Made by a program: the position numbers and the translations under genes | Notes under the pieces: generated by a model | Seen by the model: only the letters and a program-made list of their open reading frames with translations | What the model was told of the DNA's origin: nothing | Database searches by the model: none | Source of the DNA: Phoronis australis | Lineage: Eukaryota > Animalia > Phoronida | Reading direction: 5' to 3' | Assembly: GCA_002633005.1 (NCBI GenBank) | Contig: NMRA01000976.1 | Location: forward strand, 1-64,000 | Length of the DNA stretch: 64,000 nt | In this document: positions 39,420-51,477 of the stretch, in pieces | How the letters are laid out: every line of letters begins with the position of its first letter | How positions within the stretch are numbered: the first letter of the stretch is position 1

Positions 39420-39815
39420 GGCTACATGCTCAAAATGTTGGTATGATAACTAGGAGATTAGGTCAGAGAGCAACAGAACATTCGAAAAGTGACACTAGTG
39501 ACCTCTGTATTCACTCTGTGGTAACAGGTCGCATAATAGATTACGCTTATCTTTCTATTCTTCACAATGATGTAAATAGATTCAGATTGGCTATTAACGA
39601 GAGCCTTGCCGTTGTTCTTCTGAATGCTCTGTCTTCGCTGGATATCAACCTGCGGTAGTTTGAGCTCACCATCAGGTAGCTTTGACCTCTTCATGTGACT
39701 GCTTTACAATGTATAAGTAAGTTTTGGTATCTTTGTTCGTGTTAATTATGACCATGCTTGTGGTGGTTGGATATTTTCCTTGAGAATGGTGAAGTGATTT
39801 TCATCGAATGGTGCA
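39420..39815 (+). mobile_element. Penelope-like GIY-YIG endonuclease fragment
   Basis: VGMITRRLGQRATEH...H...SILH...RFRLAINESL...SL.IN (the G.T.R.L..R..EH and ES motifs), followed by a hammerhead-like remnant. Confidence 0.7.
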
Positions 39816-39976
39816 ATAGCACCGATTGTCACCCACCTTTACAGCTCAACATATAATATATAACTTTTGTATTTATCTGGTAGTTTAGTTTGTCATTATA
39901 TAGTGTGTATATGACCTTTATCTCACCCTCACGTGTTGTTTCACTGCATGTAGCTTCGGTATCGCTTCGCAGTTAG

Positions 39977-40242
39977 CAGGGGCGGATCTAGGATTTTGAG
40001 TTAGGGGTGCGCGCGCCCAGCCTAAAATGTAGGGATGTGGGGGTCTCAAATCTTTGGGTTTGTGGACCTTACTACTAAAAAAACGGGGTTTGTTCAAGGC
40101 CTATGCATTGTGCACTCGTCCCCGAGCCCCCCTGGGTGCGCGCATATATACTAATCAGTCATTCGCACCCCGAACTGCCAAATGGAATCTGGGAGAATTT
40201 TAGGGAGGGCATAGCCCCCTTGCCCCCCTGAACCAGCCACTG
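39977..40242. mobile_element. CAG...CTG MITE with 5-bp TSD and a nested insertion
   Basis: CAGGGGCGGATCTAGGATTTT...AACCAGCCACTG; GTTAG on both sides; extra gtgcgcgc-bounded segment inside. Confidence 0.78.
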
Positions 40243-40946
40243 GTTAGCGCATGAATACAAAATGCTGAAAACAATTGTGCTGGGTTTTCTAAAATTAAGA
40301 ACTTACCCCCTATTGTGATTTACGAACGACACGAGACATAATTGATGCACTCAAGAAAGTCCGCCACCTAGAAACACTGTGACATCTGATCGTCTCAAAG
40401 AGGGCGGTATTTCTCAGACCTCTTACTTTCCAACTACACTTATTGCATCGTTCTGTAAAATTATTCTTACCGCTATAGAATTTATCCCATTTAATCAAAC
40501 CCTCAGACTGAGCCGCCTTGACAAGCAACTTGTTGAGGATACTCTACCGGGATACGAAACTACCACTTCTTTTAAATCCCAGAAGTTGATTCTGACGAAA
40601 CCAGTTTCACAACTGCAGGTGCTCTAAGCCCTACAAAGGATTTAGGAAAAAATGGAGATTTCTGGTTAAGCGGATGCTTTATCTGAAATCCTGGTAATTT
40701 TGATTCCTACCCGAATGCGAGTTCGAAGCACCTCTCATTGTATCATTTGATTGCTGGGCTACGGTCTTGACATTCAGTAGATTTTTATAATGAAACATCG
40801 TTTTGCGTTGTTGACATAAAAACAAAATGCAATAAATGCGTTCATAGATATTTATATTTTCTTCGAAATGATTGTGAGATAATTCCAATACATTTCAGTC
40901 TTTTAAGATATTTTAAGTGTGTTTCATGAAGATTAATGAAACAACT

Positions 40947-41103
40947 TTAGTCCATATCGTCGACGAGTTCCCGGCTTTGAACCTCGCGTTCAAAACTTCC
41001 TGCGTTCCCTTCACTGTCCAACGACGACATTCGGGAGGATTTTGCACGCCTGACTTCATGAAAGCGGGAAACCCGCCCTGTTTCAAGGTGTGCGTCCGAG
41101 ACG
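40947..41103 (-). CDS. Small secreted peptide precursor, copy 1, second coding exon
   Basis: gtgttttcag|C, phase 2. VSDAHLETGRVSRFHEVRRAKSSRMSSLDSEGNAGSFEREVQSRELVDDMD*. Frame and stop position are conserved in the paralogue at 55958-56108. Confidence 0.85.
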
Positions 41104-42151
41104 CTGAAAACACAACAACAAGAAACACTGCTGAGTAAATATTTCTTTCGTTACTGTATATGAACATTGTTTCAGTGAGTCAAGAACGGCTACTTCAGAT
41201 GACAATAAGAAAGATATCAAACCCGGTTCCGACAAGTTTTCCCAAAGTGTTTTGTTAACCGCTATTAAACAGTTAGTACTTCCCATGAAATGCGTGCGAT
41301 GGAAAACTCTATATTCACCACAGAGTTTTAAATCTCTCTCCCACTAAGATAAATGCGCGCATGCGCTCAAAGTAAGTCATTCTACATACAGCTGACCGAC
41401 AAGATGAATGTTAACGGCAGAATATCATGTGTGATCGCACTATGAATTCGAGGTCGACAGCGCAGTATCAAGCCAGCCAGTGAAACAAGTAATTTTCCGA
41501 AAATATTTCCAAGGGCAGTTTAGAATATATTTGTATACTGCGATACCTTTCAAAATTAACTTTAAAGCGTTTAGGACTTAAATGTATATAAATTGCCTCT
41601 AATCGGTCTAGCTGCTGTTTAAGTCGCTATTATATCATTTACATCAAAGACCAAAGGTCACGTTTTCCATATCAGAGAAATGTGCTACGTTTATGTCCTG
41701 CCATACCAAATAAGGAGAAGTTCATAGCCTTGTGGGAGAAAAATGAAAGAAGTGACGAGCGGTTAAAAGATGGATTTTTTAATTTGAAAGTAAAAGAAAA
41801 TGCGTTGATATTAACAGATATTGAAAATCTTTACGCAGGTACGTTGAATTATGTTTCAGTGGCAGAGAACCACGTGACTCTGAATACTGCAATTTAGTCT
41901 GTTTTGAGTTCAAGGCCTCTTTAATGATTCTGCAGGGTCACGAGCTCGTGAGAGGCAGTGAACTGAGTTTATTACTGTTCATGGCTTATCTACGAGTAAC
42001 TAGAATGTGTACTCGTTTGTATGTGGTTCTGAAAGGAATACGTTGACACATTTTCATGACATCATGGCTTGAGATGACGTAGACCTATGTGACCTTATTT
42101 TGCAACTTTTTGACGGGACATGAGATTATGAAACATGGATATAATACTCAC

Positions 42152-42213
42152 CTGACGTAGAGCACCAAGCATGCAACGGCCAGCAAAGCGATAACATTGG
42201 TCGACTTCAACAT
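42152..42213 (-). CDS. Small secreted peptide precursor, copy 1, signal-peptide exon
   Basis: aaacaATG; MLKSTNVIALLAVACLVLYV, then AG|gtgagt (phase 2). Upstream acceptor atttgtag|42235. Confidence 0.85.
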
Positions 42214-43210
42214 TGTTTGAGTCTCATGAGGTTGTCTACAAATAATCAAAATATGGCTGTCTTATAAAATATGGTTCGACAACTGTTCTTGCGTGGTTGC
42301 AGAGGTAAAACTTCATTCGAGACCACTTGCTGACGTCCTATTAACGCTGTTTTGGTTGTTCAAAGACGTCCAACTGGCAAAATATTATAAGATTCAACAC
42401 CAATGAAGCAGTACATTTCAAAAACGACCGAATGAGTTCATTTTACTCACAGCGTAACAGGTTTTAAATATTCTATCGATTGTTTGTTGTTCGTTTCGTA
42501 CAGAGATTGTTGTTACGTTTTTTAGGGAAGCACGGTTTGTGTGTGTTTGGCGCATTCAGCACAGGCCGTGTTTTTATTGTGTTTACTGGATTGTTAGACT
42601 CTTTCGAATGCAAATTACCACACATTTTATTACAATTACGACTACTATTTATTGACCCAATGTCCTGTAAATTACCAGCTATGAAACTCGCTTTCACGGC
42701 ATTAACTGCCTAAGCCAACTTTAGCCCATCGTTGGCTAAATGCGCAACGATAACGTTGTCAATTCACTACAAGTATTTACGGCTGGAATTAATTACTTGG
42801 AGCGCCATTAACTGATAATGTCGTAAAATAATTAACAAGTGTGAATTTATATAATCCCTAAATAACGAATTTAAGATTGCATGCTCGTCGTTCAGAATTA
42901 ATTTACACTGTTAACAAAAACTAAGTTGTGCAAGTAATTTATGGTCATAACGTTCACCCATTCAGCCTAAGATACATATACTAGCGTCCATCATCATTTT
43001 CATATCGTGCATAAAACCCTGCACCCAAAGAATTTCGATTCTCACAGCTTGGTGGCAAGTGTTCGCAGTCTATGACGTGACTCAAATTGTTGTGGTGTTT
43101 TACTGTCCTATCGAGATGAAGAATAAGACCAACGATAGCAATGACAGTACTTATGGCAATAGCTCTACAGAGCGAATTGCAACTGTACGCCACTGAAATA
43201 CCAAACTTAC

Positions 43211-43280
43211 CAACTTGTCGAAACGTGTCGAGTCAATGTCTAGGTTTGACTGTCGAATGACGAATGGTGCTCATTTATAG
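43211..43280 (-). promoter_or_regulatory. TATA promoter and non-coding exon 1 of peptide gene copy 1
   Basis: CTATAAAT at 43280-43273, initiator-like CAGT with its A at 43251 (28 nt downstream), then a ~40-nt ATG-free exon ending TTG|gtaagt at 43211/43210. Confidence 0.65.
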
Positions 43281-45083
43281 AGAAAAACATGAACCGAACG
43301 TCCCGCATCTAGTTAATAAATTCAGGTGTAAATGATTCCGTTTCTGGCTTTCAATAAAAAAATAGGCAAGTGACGTGTCGCAGTACTGTGATTTTGAAAG
43401 CAGATAATGCATTTGTTCAAGTAGTCATATTTTGTCTAGTTTTAAGTTTATTAAGAACGTGACATAGTGGACCACAGACCACGTCGTATGGTTGTCATTT
43501 TTGTTTCGGTGTGGTTTCACAAACCGTAGAATTTTATGAAAAAGGTTCGATGGTTAAAATAGTTGCAGACTGATAGACTTTAATTCAAAAAATATATATT
43601 TTCTGAAAATAGAAAGACTGTAACATTTATTAATTGTCGACTTGATACCAATCCTCTGTTATGTGAATCACGTTACCTAGCTTTCATTTCTAATAGAATC
43701 CAATAAAAAATAATGGTACATTCTAATCAAAACATCTACATGTATATCAGTAACATGTAATGTCATAATTAATTGTAATTTAGATGTGTTTCATTTGCTC
43801 AACCGATGCGGAAATTCGTTGCGTTTTACACGATATTCTTCAAGACGGCAAATATGGCCGCCATTGTGATGTTTTCAATTGACCTTGGTTGCATTCTAAA
43901 TGGAGTGTCCAAGCACCACAAAACTTGCATTTTCCTCCACTTGTTTCAGTATTCAAAGGCTACTGGTCGCATTCCTTATCGCTGTGGTTTACATGCAGCG
44001 TGTGTCTTGCGAATTGCTCGAAGCCTAGTGTTCTTGTGTTGAAATCGAACTTGCTGAGTGGGCCATTTGTCGATTTTGTGGTTTGCTGAAACATTTATCC
44101 ACTGTCTCTGGAGAGATTTTTCAGACCTTTTCCTATGTGGAAATAATTGCAAGAGCATTTGTTTTTCTCTAAGACTTGCATTTCTCGAGTTACTGGAGAT
44201 TATCCCATATCGTGAGCATGCACTTTAAACTAGAATACATCACAACTGGTACGCGGTTTTATTGACATTCTTTCAGGCCCAGCTTCTAGTTTTTTATAAG
44301 CCGTTTAATCAGTTGATATGCCCTTCTGGGACCGGCTTCCCAATTAATAGCTCAGAGCTTGAATTTTTGTTGACATAATTGGTACTACTTGGCTACTTTT
44401 AAAAATTCAAAATCCCGTGTAGTCTAACTTTACTCCCCTATTCAGATTGCGTTGTTCCCATCGGTTTTCATGGCCCGAAAAGAAAATTTAACAGAATATC
44501 CCGAATGCCTTCAAGACTTCTTTTATTCATGTATAATGAACTGATACGAAACAGTAGTGAAAGTAATTACAATTATTCTCACCACTGGCCCAGTCGGTGA
44601 ATAGAATCGTTCCTTTGATGACCGGCCTCTACTGAGAATGAAATGTGGATAAAACCAACAATCCAGTCCTTATTTCGTTTACATGTTTGCAGGATGCCGA
44701 TGGTCACCTCCAGTTGAAGTTTTTTTTTGCTGTATCTCCGGTGTACCTTGACAGCTCTGTCTGAATATAACGTTAGATATCGCCGCCAAACCTGTCGATC
44801 TGACTGGTAACCCCGTTTCTCGAACTGACATACATCTACTGTTCTCGACATTCACTGGTTGTACCTGTACTTTCTTTGGCCTACAAGTTGCATTTTGAGT
44901 GATCGACATGCAAATGAATTTTTATCTCGTCAATACCAGTGTGACTGGTTTTCCGGCTAAAATCGGAAACAAAATATTTCTGTAAGGGTAATTTTTTGCA
45001 CAATGTTAAATTTGTGGTTCTCTATCTCCTCGATACTTTGACAGAACCTTCTGGAATTTGGTAGGTGAATAGATCGGCCTTAA

Positions 45084-46737
45084 AGGAGAATGCCACCCGA
45101 TTTCGATCGTCTTTTTTACTGTTTTAATCGGTCAGTATCCACCTTGCCTCTTATACGGTCGACCTCACCTTGCCGAGGTGTCGCGTTAACCTGTGAGGAA
45201 GGTGAGAAACGACGCAGCGACGTCAGTGGTTCGTCTGCAGAGTGAATGCCACTATAGTGCGTTGCATCGTTCCCCTTTGTCCGAACTATGAAGTTGCAAA
45301 CAAAGTGGGTATACAATGTATCGTTTATTCGACTTCCTCGAGAGCCCGAAATGCTTAGGAAGTGGCTCGCGGTAGTGAATAATGAAAGGTACGCTGTTAA
45401 TAGCAAGTATGAAGCCGTGAAACATCTCCGGGTCCGTGGCCGGCATTTCGTCGACAGTGATTTCTCTGACGAATTCCGGCTTACCAAAGAACTATCCATA
45501 CGTTCCGTTGCCTGTGCATGTTCACGGCACCTCTCTTGTATTTTTTGATCAATGTATTCCTGTTCGAACTGATAGCCTGTGAAATCTAACGATCCGACTC
45601 GTGAAGTCTTCGTCGGATGAGCTCTTGACGTAGTCAGGATTGGCACCGGGCGAGTTGTCATGTAGACGTTTATTATTCTAGGTTCTGTTTCAAAATAAAT
45701 TATTCTCATCCTAACCAATGCTTATGTGAAACTGAAACAAAACTCATTGATACAATTTGTGATGCCTTTGCAGTATTCGTGAGTGCAAATGTTGAGAAGC
45801 CAGTAATGAAAAAAACACTGCATTACCAGCTTTTGATGCCGTCAACAAAGGTGACCGGGCACCGATGCCGTGCTAGAGCATGCTAATTCAGTGTTTGCTG
45901 ACAAAAAACTGTTATGAAACAATTACTCGATTTGATATGCAATGGTCACATGTTAGGGGAATCTTTATTTAGAAATACAAATGCATTATTCAAATCATTG
46001 TTACTGTACAACCTTTGCCCTGACGGTCTGTGGAGGGGAGACGACAAGTAAGTAGATTCTCAGTTTCGTGGCTAACTCACATAAATAATTACGTGCATAT
46101 TATTTCTTTGACTCGCTATCATGAATGGAGGTTTAGTTTCCAACTCAAGCTGGGCCTGATCGGGTTCCGAGCCACTGGCCGGGATAACGAGTCAGTCCGG
46201 CGCGACGGGCTTGATCGGGTTCCGAGGCACTGGCCGGGATAACAAGCGTTTTGTGTGTTTATAACCCAAAAAAATCACAAGTATATACAACACAGATCTA
46301 GGTTCTCCTATTTGTATTTCGTGGAAGAATACTTCGAATTTATCTCCGAACAGACACCAAACTCTTGCTATGGACCTTGGTAAATTGGCCTACCGAACTT
46401 TGTAGGCTGCGGTGTGTCCAAGTACCAATAAATCCCTAACAGCGAAATATAAAAAGAAAGTTTTTATAAGAACTCGGTGTATTTTTAAGGGCTTTGCATC
46501 GAAGTTTGATGATTTATTGGTGTTAAACGATGAATTCAAGCGATAAGCTGACACCAGTAACCCGTGTTGTGAACTGCTGAACAGACTGCGTGTGAAACGG
46601 TTGACGTCATTGAATAATTTCAACACCTCCGTCTGCCGTCAGGTGTCAGGTAACGTAACCGAACGTGCCGTTATCGAATGGAACTACTAGATTTAAACTG
46701 ATACACACTGGGTTGTTTTTTTGGGAGGCATGCTCCT
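45084..46737 (+). mobile_element. Kolobok-like non-autonomous DNA transposon
   Basis: TTAA at 45080-45083 and 46738-46741; imperfect TIRs AGGAGAATGCCACCC / GGGAGGCATGCTCCT; internal THAP relic. Confidence 0.72.
45246..45520 (+). pseudogene. Disrupted THAP (C2CH) domain
   Basis: MPL*CVA...VSFIRLPREPEMLRKWLAVV...LRVRGRHFVDSDF. THAP pattern (F..P...W...VC..HF...F) with an in-frame stop and the third Cys replaced by Arg. Confidence 0.75.
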
Positions 46738-48213
46738 TTAAGGGCTACATTGTATCTAGCGCGCTGGGTGTGAGTGGTTTCTTGCCACGACTTCGCTTTC
46801 TGGAGATATTCGAGATCTTATCATTTGGTGACTGCCCTTCAATTGACTGATTCCTCTATGCGCTATGGTTTGTCCTTTAGTGTACGCGTTATGGCGTGGT
46901 TCATGTTGGTGACGTTGGTTTCATAGACCTCTACTAGATTTCGCCAAGGTTTGTTCCATAGAGCGCTGTCGCTTTTTTGAATTCGGTCCACCTATTTCGT
47001 TTGCTATATCAAGATCCACTTTCAATCACAGGATCATTTAAAGGTGCATAAAAATATAGTTCTCATAGCCTGATCTGATCTACAGTTTCCGTACGAAGGA
47101 AAATACACTAAAACATGTACACATTTACAGCTGATTTCACAAAGGTGGTTTAAAGTTAAACCTGGTTTATTCTGGACTTAGACCAGGTTTGAAGATAATC
47201 TGCATTTCAAAAAGGTGGTTTAACTTTTAGACCAATGGTTTAGTAAAATTTGGTTTAACTCCAGTTTAGACCTGGTCTGAGTTTGTTTTCATTTCACCAA
47301 CGCCTTCTTCCGCATCGGCAAATTTAGCCTCCCTGGTTGCGCGCATGGGCTAGTCAGCAAATTTGCACCCGAAATGCCAAACGATATCTGGTAGAATTTT
47401 AGGAGTACCATGGCCTCCTTGACCCCCCTCCCCTAAATCCGCCACTGAGATGTGCCCATCTGACATTGCCGGCACAAATGTTATTTGTCCTTTTGCTTAG
47501 CTCTAGATTATGGATTGAACACATTGATACGGTGCTAGGCCTTTTTACTGGCGATCATATTTTATAGACCAAGTAGCTTTCTGATTTGCGTACTTAGTGT
47601 TGTCTATTTTATATGATTTTCGCGGTACTATTATTCCTGAGAGCCTGTTTCCGCCCTCTCGTATAGTTGTGTTCTGTAGTTTATTTGTAGATATTTTCTT
47701 TTTCTTTCATAGACATATAGTAGACATGCAAGTTTCCGTATGAAGATCTTCCTGTAACACATAGCTTAATACACAGTTGTTATGTAACTGCATAGCAGCC
47801 AAATATGTAACAAATGCGTTTACATGTAACTTTCAATAAAATACTTTAAAACTGCCAACCTCGTGTCTTTTTATTGTGATTTTTGCCCGGTACATTTATA
47901 TTCAAGTTTGCCTGCCCGTTAATGGTTTATCTGTCCGTGCTGTACTTCGTTTCGATATTAAGCTTCCACTGCAGGTTAAATGTTGATGTTTTACTTTCTG
48001 GTTATGGGAATGAAACATTCGAAAAATTTTCCAAATGGTATCTCCAAACCAGCCTATGGGACTCAACTGAACTGGACACCATGCTACCGACGTTGTTCGT
48101 TAGACTAAACAGACTTGTTTTTGAATATCATACCATAGAAATTTGAGGTTTTAATTAATGATTGTATCAGACTGTCGGTTTTCATCTTAAAAGCACCATC
48201 AAATAAAAAGGAT

Positions 48214-50999
48214 TTTTGAATACTGATTTTGCATAAGTTCATGAATCTTTATATGAAATGACATGTACCATGCTGATGGTGCTTTACCTTTTCTGTACCA
48301 TTACTTGTATGCTACCTTTATAAAAATTCTACAATCTTTTTCTGTTTTCAGAGTACAATTTTGCATCGTGTTTCCCTAACAGCACATGCTTCCGGGTAAG
48401 GTTACTCCCCAGCCATTGTCACAACGCTTACCTCTTCTGGTACGCAAGTTAATTGTTCCAGCGCAATACCAACAGTTGTGCATAATCTATTGACCTGAGC
48501 ATATAGGAACCTGAACGTCAGGTATCTTCTGCTGAGCTACCCTAGCTCACCCACGGTGCATTAGATTCGTACTGATAGAAGGACACTAAACTTGGGGTAA
48601 GCAAGCGTGCCCTAAACCGGCTGAATTTCGCTAGGATTTGCTGCGATATGAGTGAGGGTGAGTTGGGTTTTGGGGGTGGCTTGGACCCGGGGAAGGCCTG
48701 GCCGGGAGCGTTGGGTATCCCTGTACCATGCGATAATCGGGTGGGAAACACTGCAGGTCCTCCAGGTATGTTTATGCCTGCACTTTTATGTAGGGGAATT
48801 TCCCTTGTAGTTAAGGCATAGCAGTGTCTGGTAGGTGGGTGTGGTACATGTATGGTGTCAGTAGAGGTGCCTGTAATGTACAGCAACCACAACTCCGGCT
48901 CTATCGTCGCCCAGGGTGTGGCTGGGATTCGAGCTTTGCGGGAGCGGTACCGTTCATCGTGAGGTATCTAATCTGCTGTGCCTCATGTCGAACGTCGTGC
49001 CTGCTCTCCGGAGGGGGGGGGGGGGAGATTCAATGAATATGGAGGCAAATTCGGGAATGGCATTTCTCATTGGTTCCTACTACCTTTTTCCCCCATCCCC
49101 TGCCACTCCTCTACCAGGGTCACGGCCCCCACGCGGGTTGTGGCGGTGGACAGGATCCTTCATCCATGAACAACCCTGCCCATGTGGCACATACTGATCC
49201 ACAACACCACGTCCCTTACTATATCTCTTTGTATCACTCCGGCTAATCTGCTCACCCATTTTTTCCAGAACCTGATTTGCAGGTTGTTACTGCACAGTTG
49301 GCTGTTTGGTGTACCCACTTGGTACTTTATATGTTATTTACCCATTTGGCAGTTTGTACCCACTTGGTACTTGTTACTGAATTTGCCGTTTTGCTCGACC
49401 CACTTGGTAGGCCATCGACCAATACCCATTTGCTATTATGAACCCATTTAGTACTGTGTTTAAGGTTAATATCAGATAAAAGATATTTGCAAATGTCTAT
49501 TTCGGCTGCGTAGTACATGTAAGTGTATGATTTATCTCTCGGAAGGAGAACATCAGGTACACGTATGTGAATGTTCAAGTTTTTGTATTTCAGAGCGGGA
49601 CCAGGTGAGTGAGATGTAGCCAGGTGAGAACGCCGTGCTGATCACCTCGGCTTTCAACTAATCCTGTAGGCATCGCCTTCGCCTTCTAGAACCCAGGGCC
49701 CGGTCTCCAATCTCCGTGCTAGGACTCGAATCATGCTCAAACCCACACTTCATACTCAATTCGAGTACATATTCAGCTTTGGTGTACTCAATGTCATACT
49801 CGAAATATCTTTACTCGAAATTTCGCACATGTACTCAATTCTCGAGTATACTCGAACTGAAGTGTACATGTATCTCATCTATATTTCGAATACGATTTTG
49901 AGTAAAATTCCTAATATATGCTCCAAATTTCAAGTTTGGTCTGGCGTTGCGCTTAAAATCGTACTCTAAAGTAAATGCATGTACGAGCGAGAGAACAAAA
50001 TATCGAAAGGCCATCGAGAGACAAGCAAATCTAAAAAAAAATAAGTCCCTTTACCACATTTCAGCGCTTCAATTTCAGTTGAGAGATAATAGTTGTCATT
50101 TTAAATCTTCTTATTCTTCACCTTATTAACCCGCCGTATCTCTGCATGTCAACGCCGCAAATTTATAAACTCCTGAACTGAGGCCGAGCGTGCGTGAGAG
50201 CAGAAGTTATTTTAAATTTCTCGGGCGGCTGAGGGACGCGCAGTACATGTACGTATATCAGATTAAGGGCGGGGGTGGATAGGCACGGTTCGAAATAATG
50301 TGTGGGAGCGGCGATGATCTCTTTGTGAGCACATAATTACACGGTGTGGGGATACTACAAAACGCCAACAAGTGCCTGATTCTTGATCGGGGGTGACTTC
50401 AGATCCGTGAGAGAGTAATACCGTGCGTGAGAGAAAAATATTTTCCGTTGGCAATCCCGAGCGATGCACAGGAGAGGAACTGAGTCTATGTTATAAAACG
50501 TTTGAACATAAACCAATGACATTTCTGAATTCTCCATCAAAACCTGGTTAATATGTTTAAAGTTTTTGAATCACCAAAATCTCCCAACTATACAATCGAA
50601 GTCAATACTATCACACGCGGCTCACAACCGCTGTTCGTCTGGTAAAATCACGGAACGGGAAAACACCCTAATGAACTTTTAAAACCTGTCGTTTATCTAT
50701 ATGACTCCAATGAGGTCATTTTTCACAGTAGTTCACGTTAAATTTAGACTCCCAATTAAATGCGACCTGTGTCGTATTTTAATTTTACGTAGTTACCCGG
50801 GGTCATTTTCAATACTGAAAACTAAGGCTTATTGGGGCACAACAAAAGTACGTCCCAAATGAGCAGCACGTCTCCTGGATATAATGTATTTGCATGGAGC
50901 AACACGAATTAAAAAATAAATTAGCGCGATCTTACTGCTTTCTCTTGAAAAAACGAAAAAAATAAAATGCTCACAGTGGATAACAAGCGTGCAGCCGCT
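48214..50999. repeat. Copy A of a ~2.8-kb near-identical direct duplication made of transposon-derived sequence
   Basis: Colinear with 51478-54749. Confidence 0.92.
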
Positions 51000-51335
51000 C
51001 AGACAATTGACCTATCGCAAGCTCCGCCCCTATGCGAAGAGTCACGTGATACCCGACATTCATACGAGATGTCAGTGGCAAATACACTGTCGCTAAACGA
51101 CGTTCCTGGTGGAATCGATGAGTGTTTTTGCACTATTTGAAAATGCTTCGACAGAGACAAGAGGTGATGCTTTTCAACAGAGAATCGTACGTTCATGATA
51201 TGGGAATTTGTAAAGGTGACGATGAAAAAATGGCTCGAGGAGCCAGCGAAAATCCCCTCTGCCTCGGGGCCACCTTCACCTGACAAATGACAAGGCCACT
51301 GATACGACATGTTCATGTAGAGCTGGATATGTACC
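49464..51335. mobile_element. Possible TTAA-flanked (Kolobok-like) non-autonomous element
   Basis: TTAA|GGTTAATATCAG...CTGGATATGTACC|TTAA, a weak TIR match. Internal segment ttttgaatcaccaaaatc is shared with ~16400. Confidence 0.35.
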
Positions 51336-51477
51336 TTAAAGTCGAATTATCTGTACGATTCCATAGATTTCATGATCTTTCGAATAAAATCAGTGAAGAT
51401 TCACCGATATTTTTATTCTGTCGTCTGCTAAATTTCGCCAAATGAAAAGTAGGTCACAACTGGTGGGACTCCTGGAN

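Noticed and set aside
40913-41167. Track ORFs over the peptide exon (MFIYSNER..., MCFMKINE..., also MKITETTS... at 55937)
   Set aside because: Wrong frame or antisense shadows of the real spliced exon; the frame set by the phase-2 splice is the one that joins the signal peptide.
42981-43193. ORF MAYSCNSLCRAIAISTVIAIVGLIL... as a separate secreted protein
   Set aside because: It starts at GTG rather than ATG and lies within intron 1 of the peptide gene, right after the donor.
44580-44850. Possible SWIM-finger or transposon exon (ASCKHV in one frame)
   Set aside because: The upstream CxC is missing and the frames are broken; too weak to call.
45116-45718. 200-aa minus-strand ORF
   Set aside because: Antisense to the THAP relic inside a transposon; non-ATG start and no recognisable motif.
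49310-49450. acccacttgg repeats as a CRISPR-like array
   Set aside because: Short, degenerate and irregularly spaced in eukaryotic repeat DNA; more likely transposon subterminal repeats.
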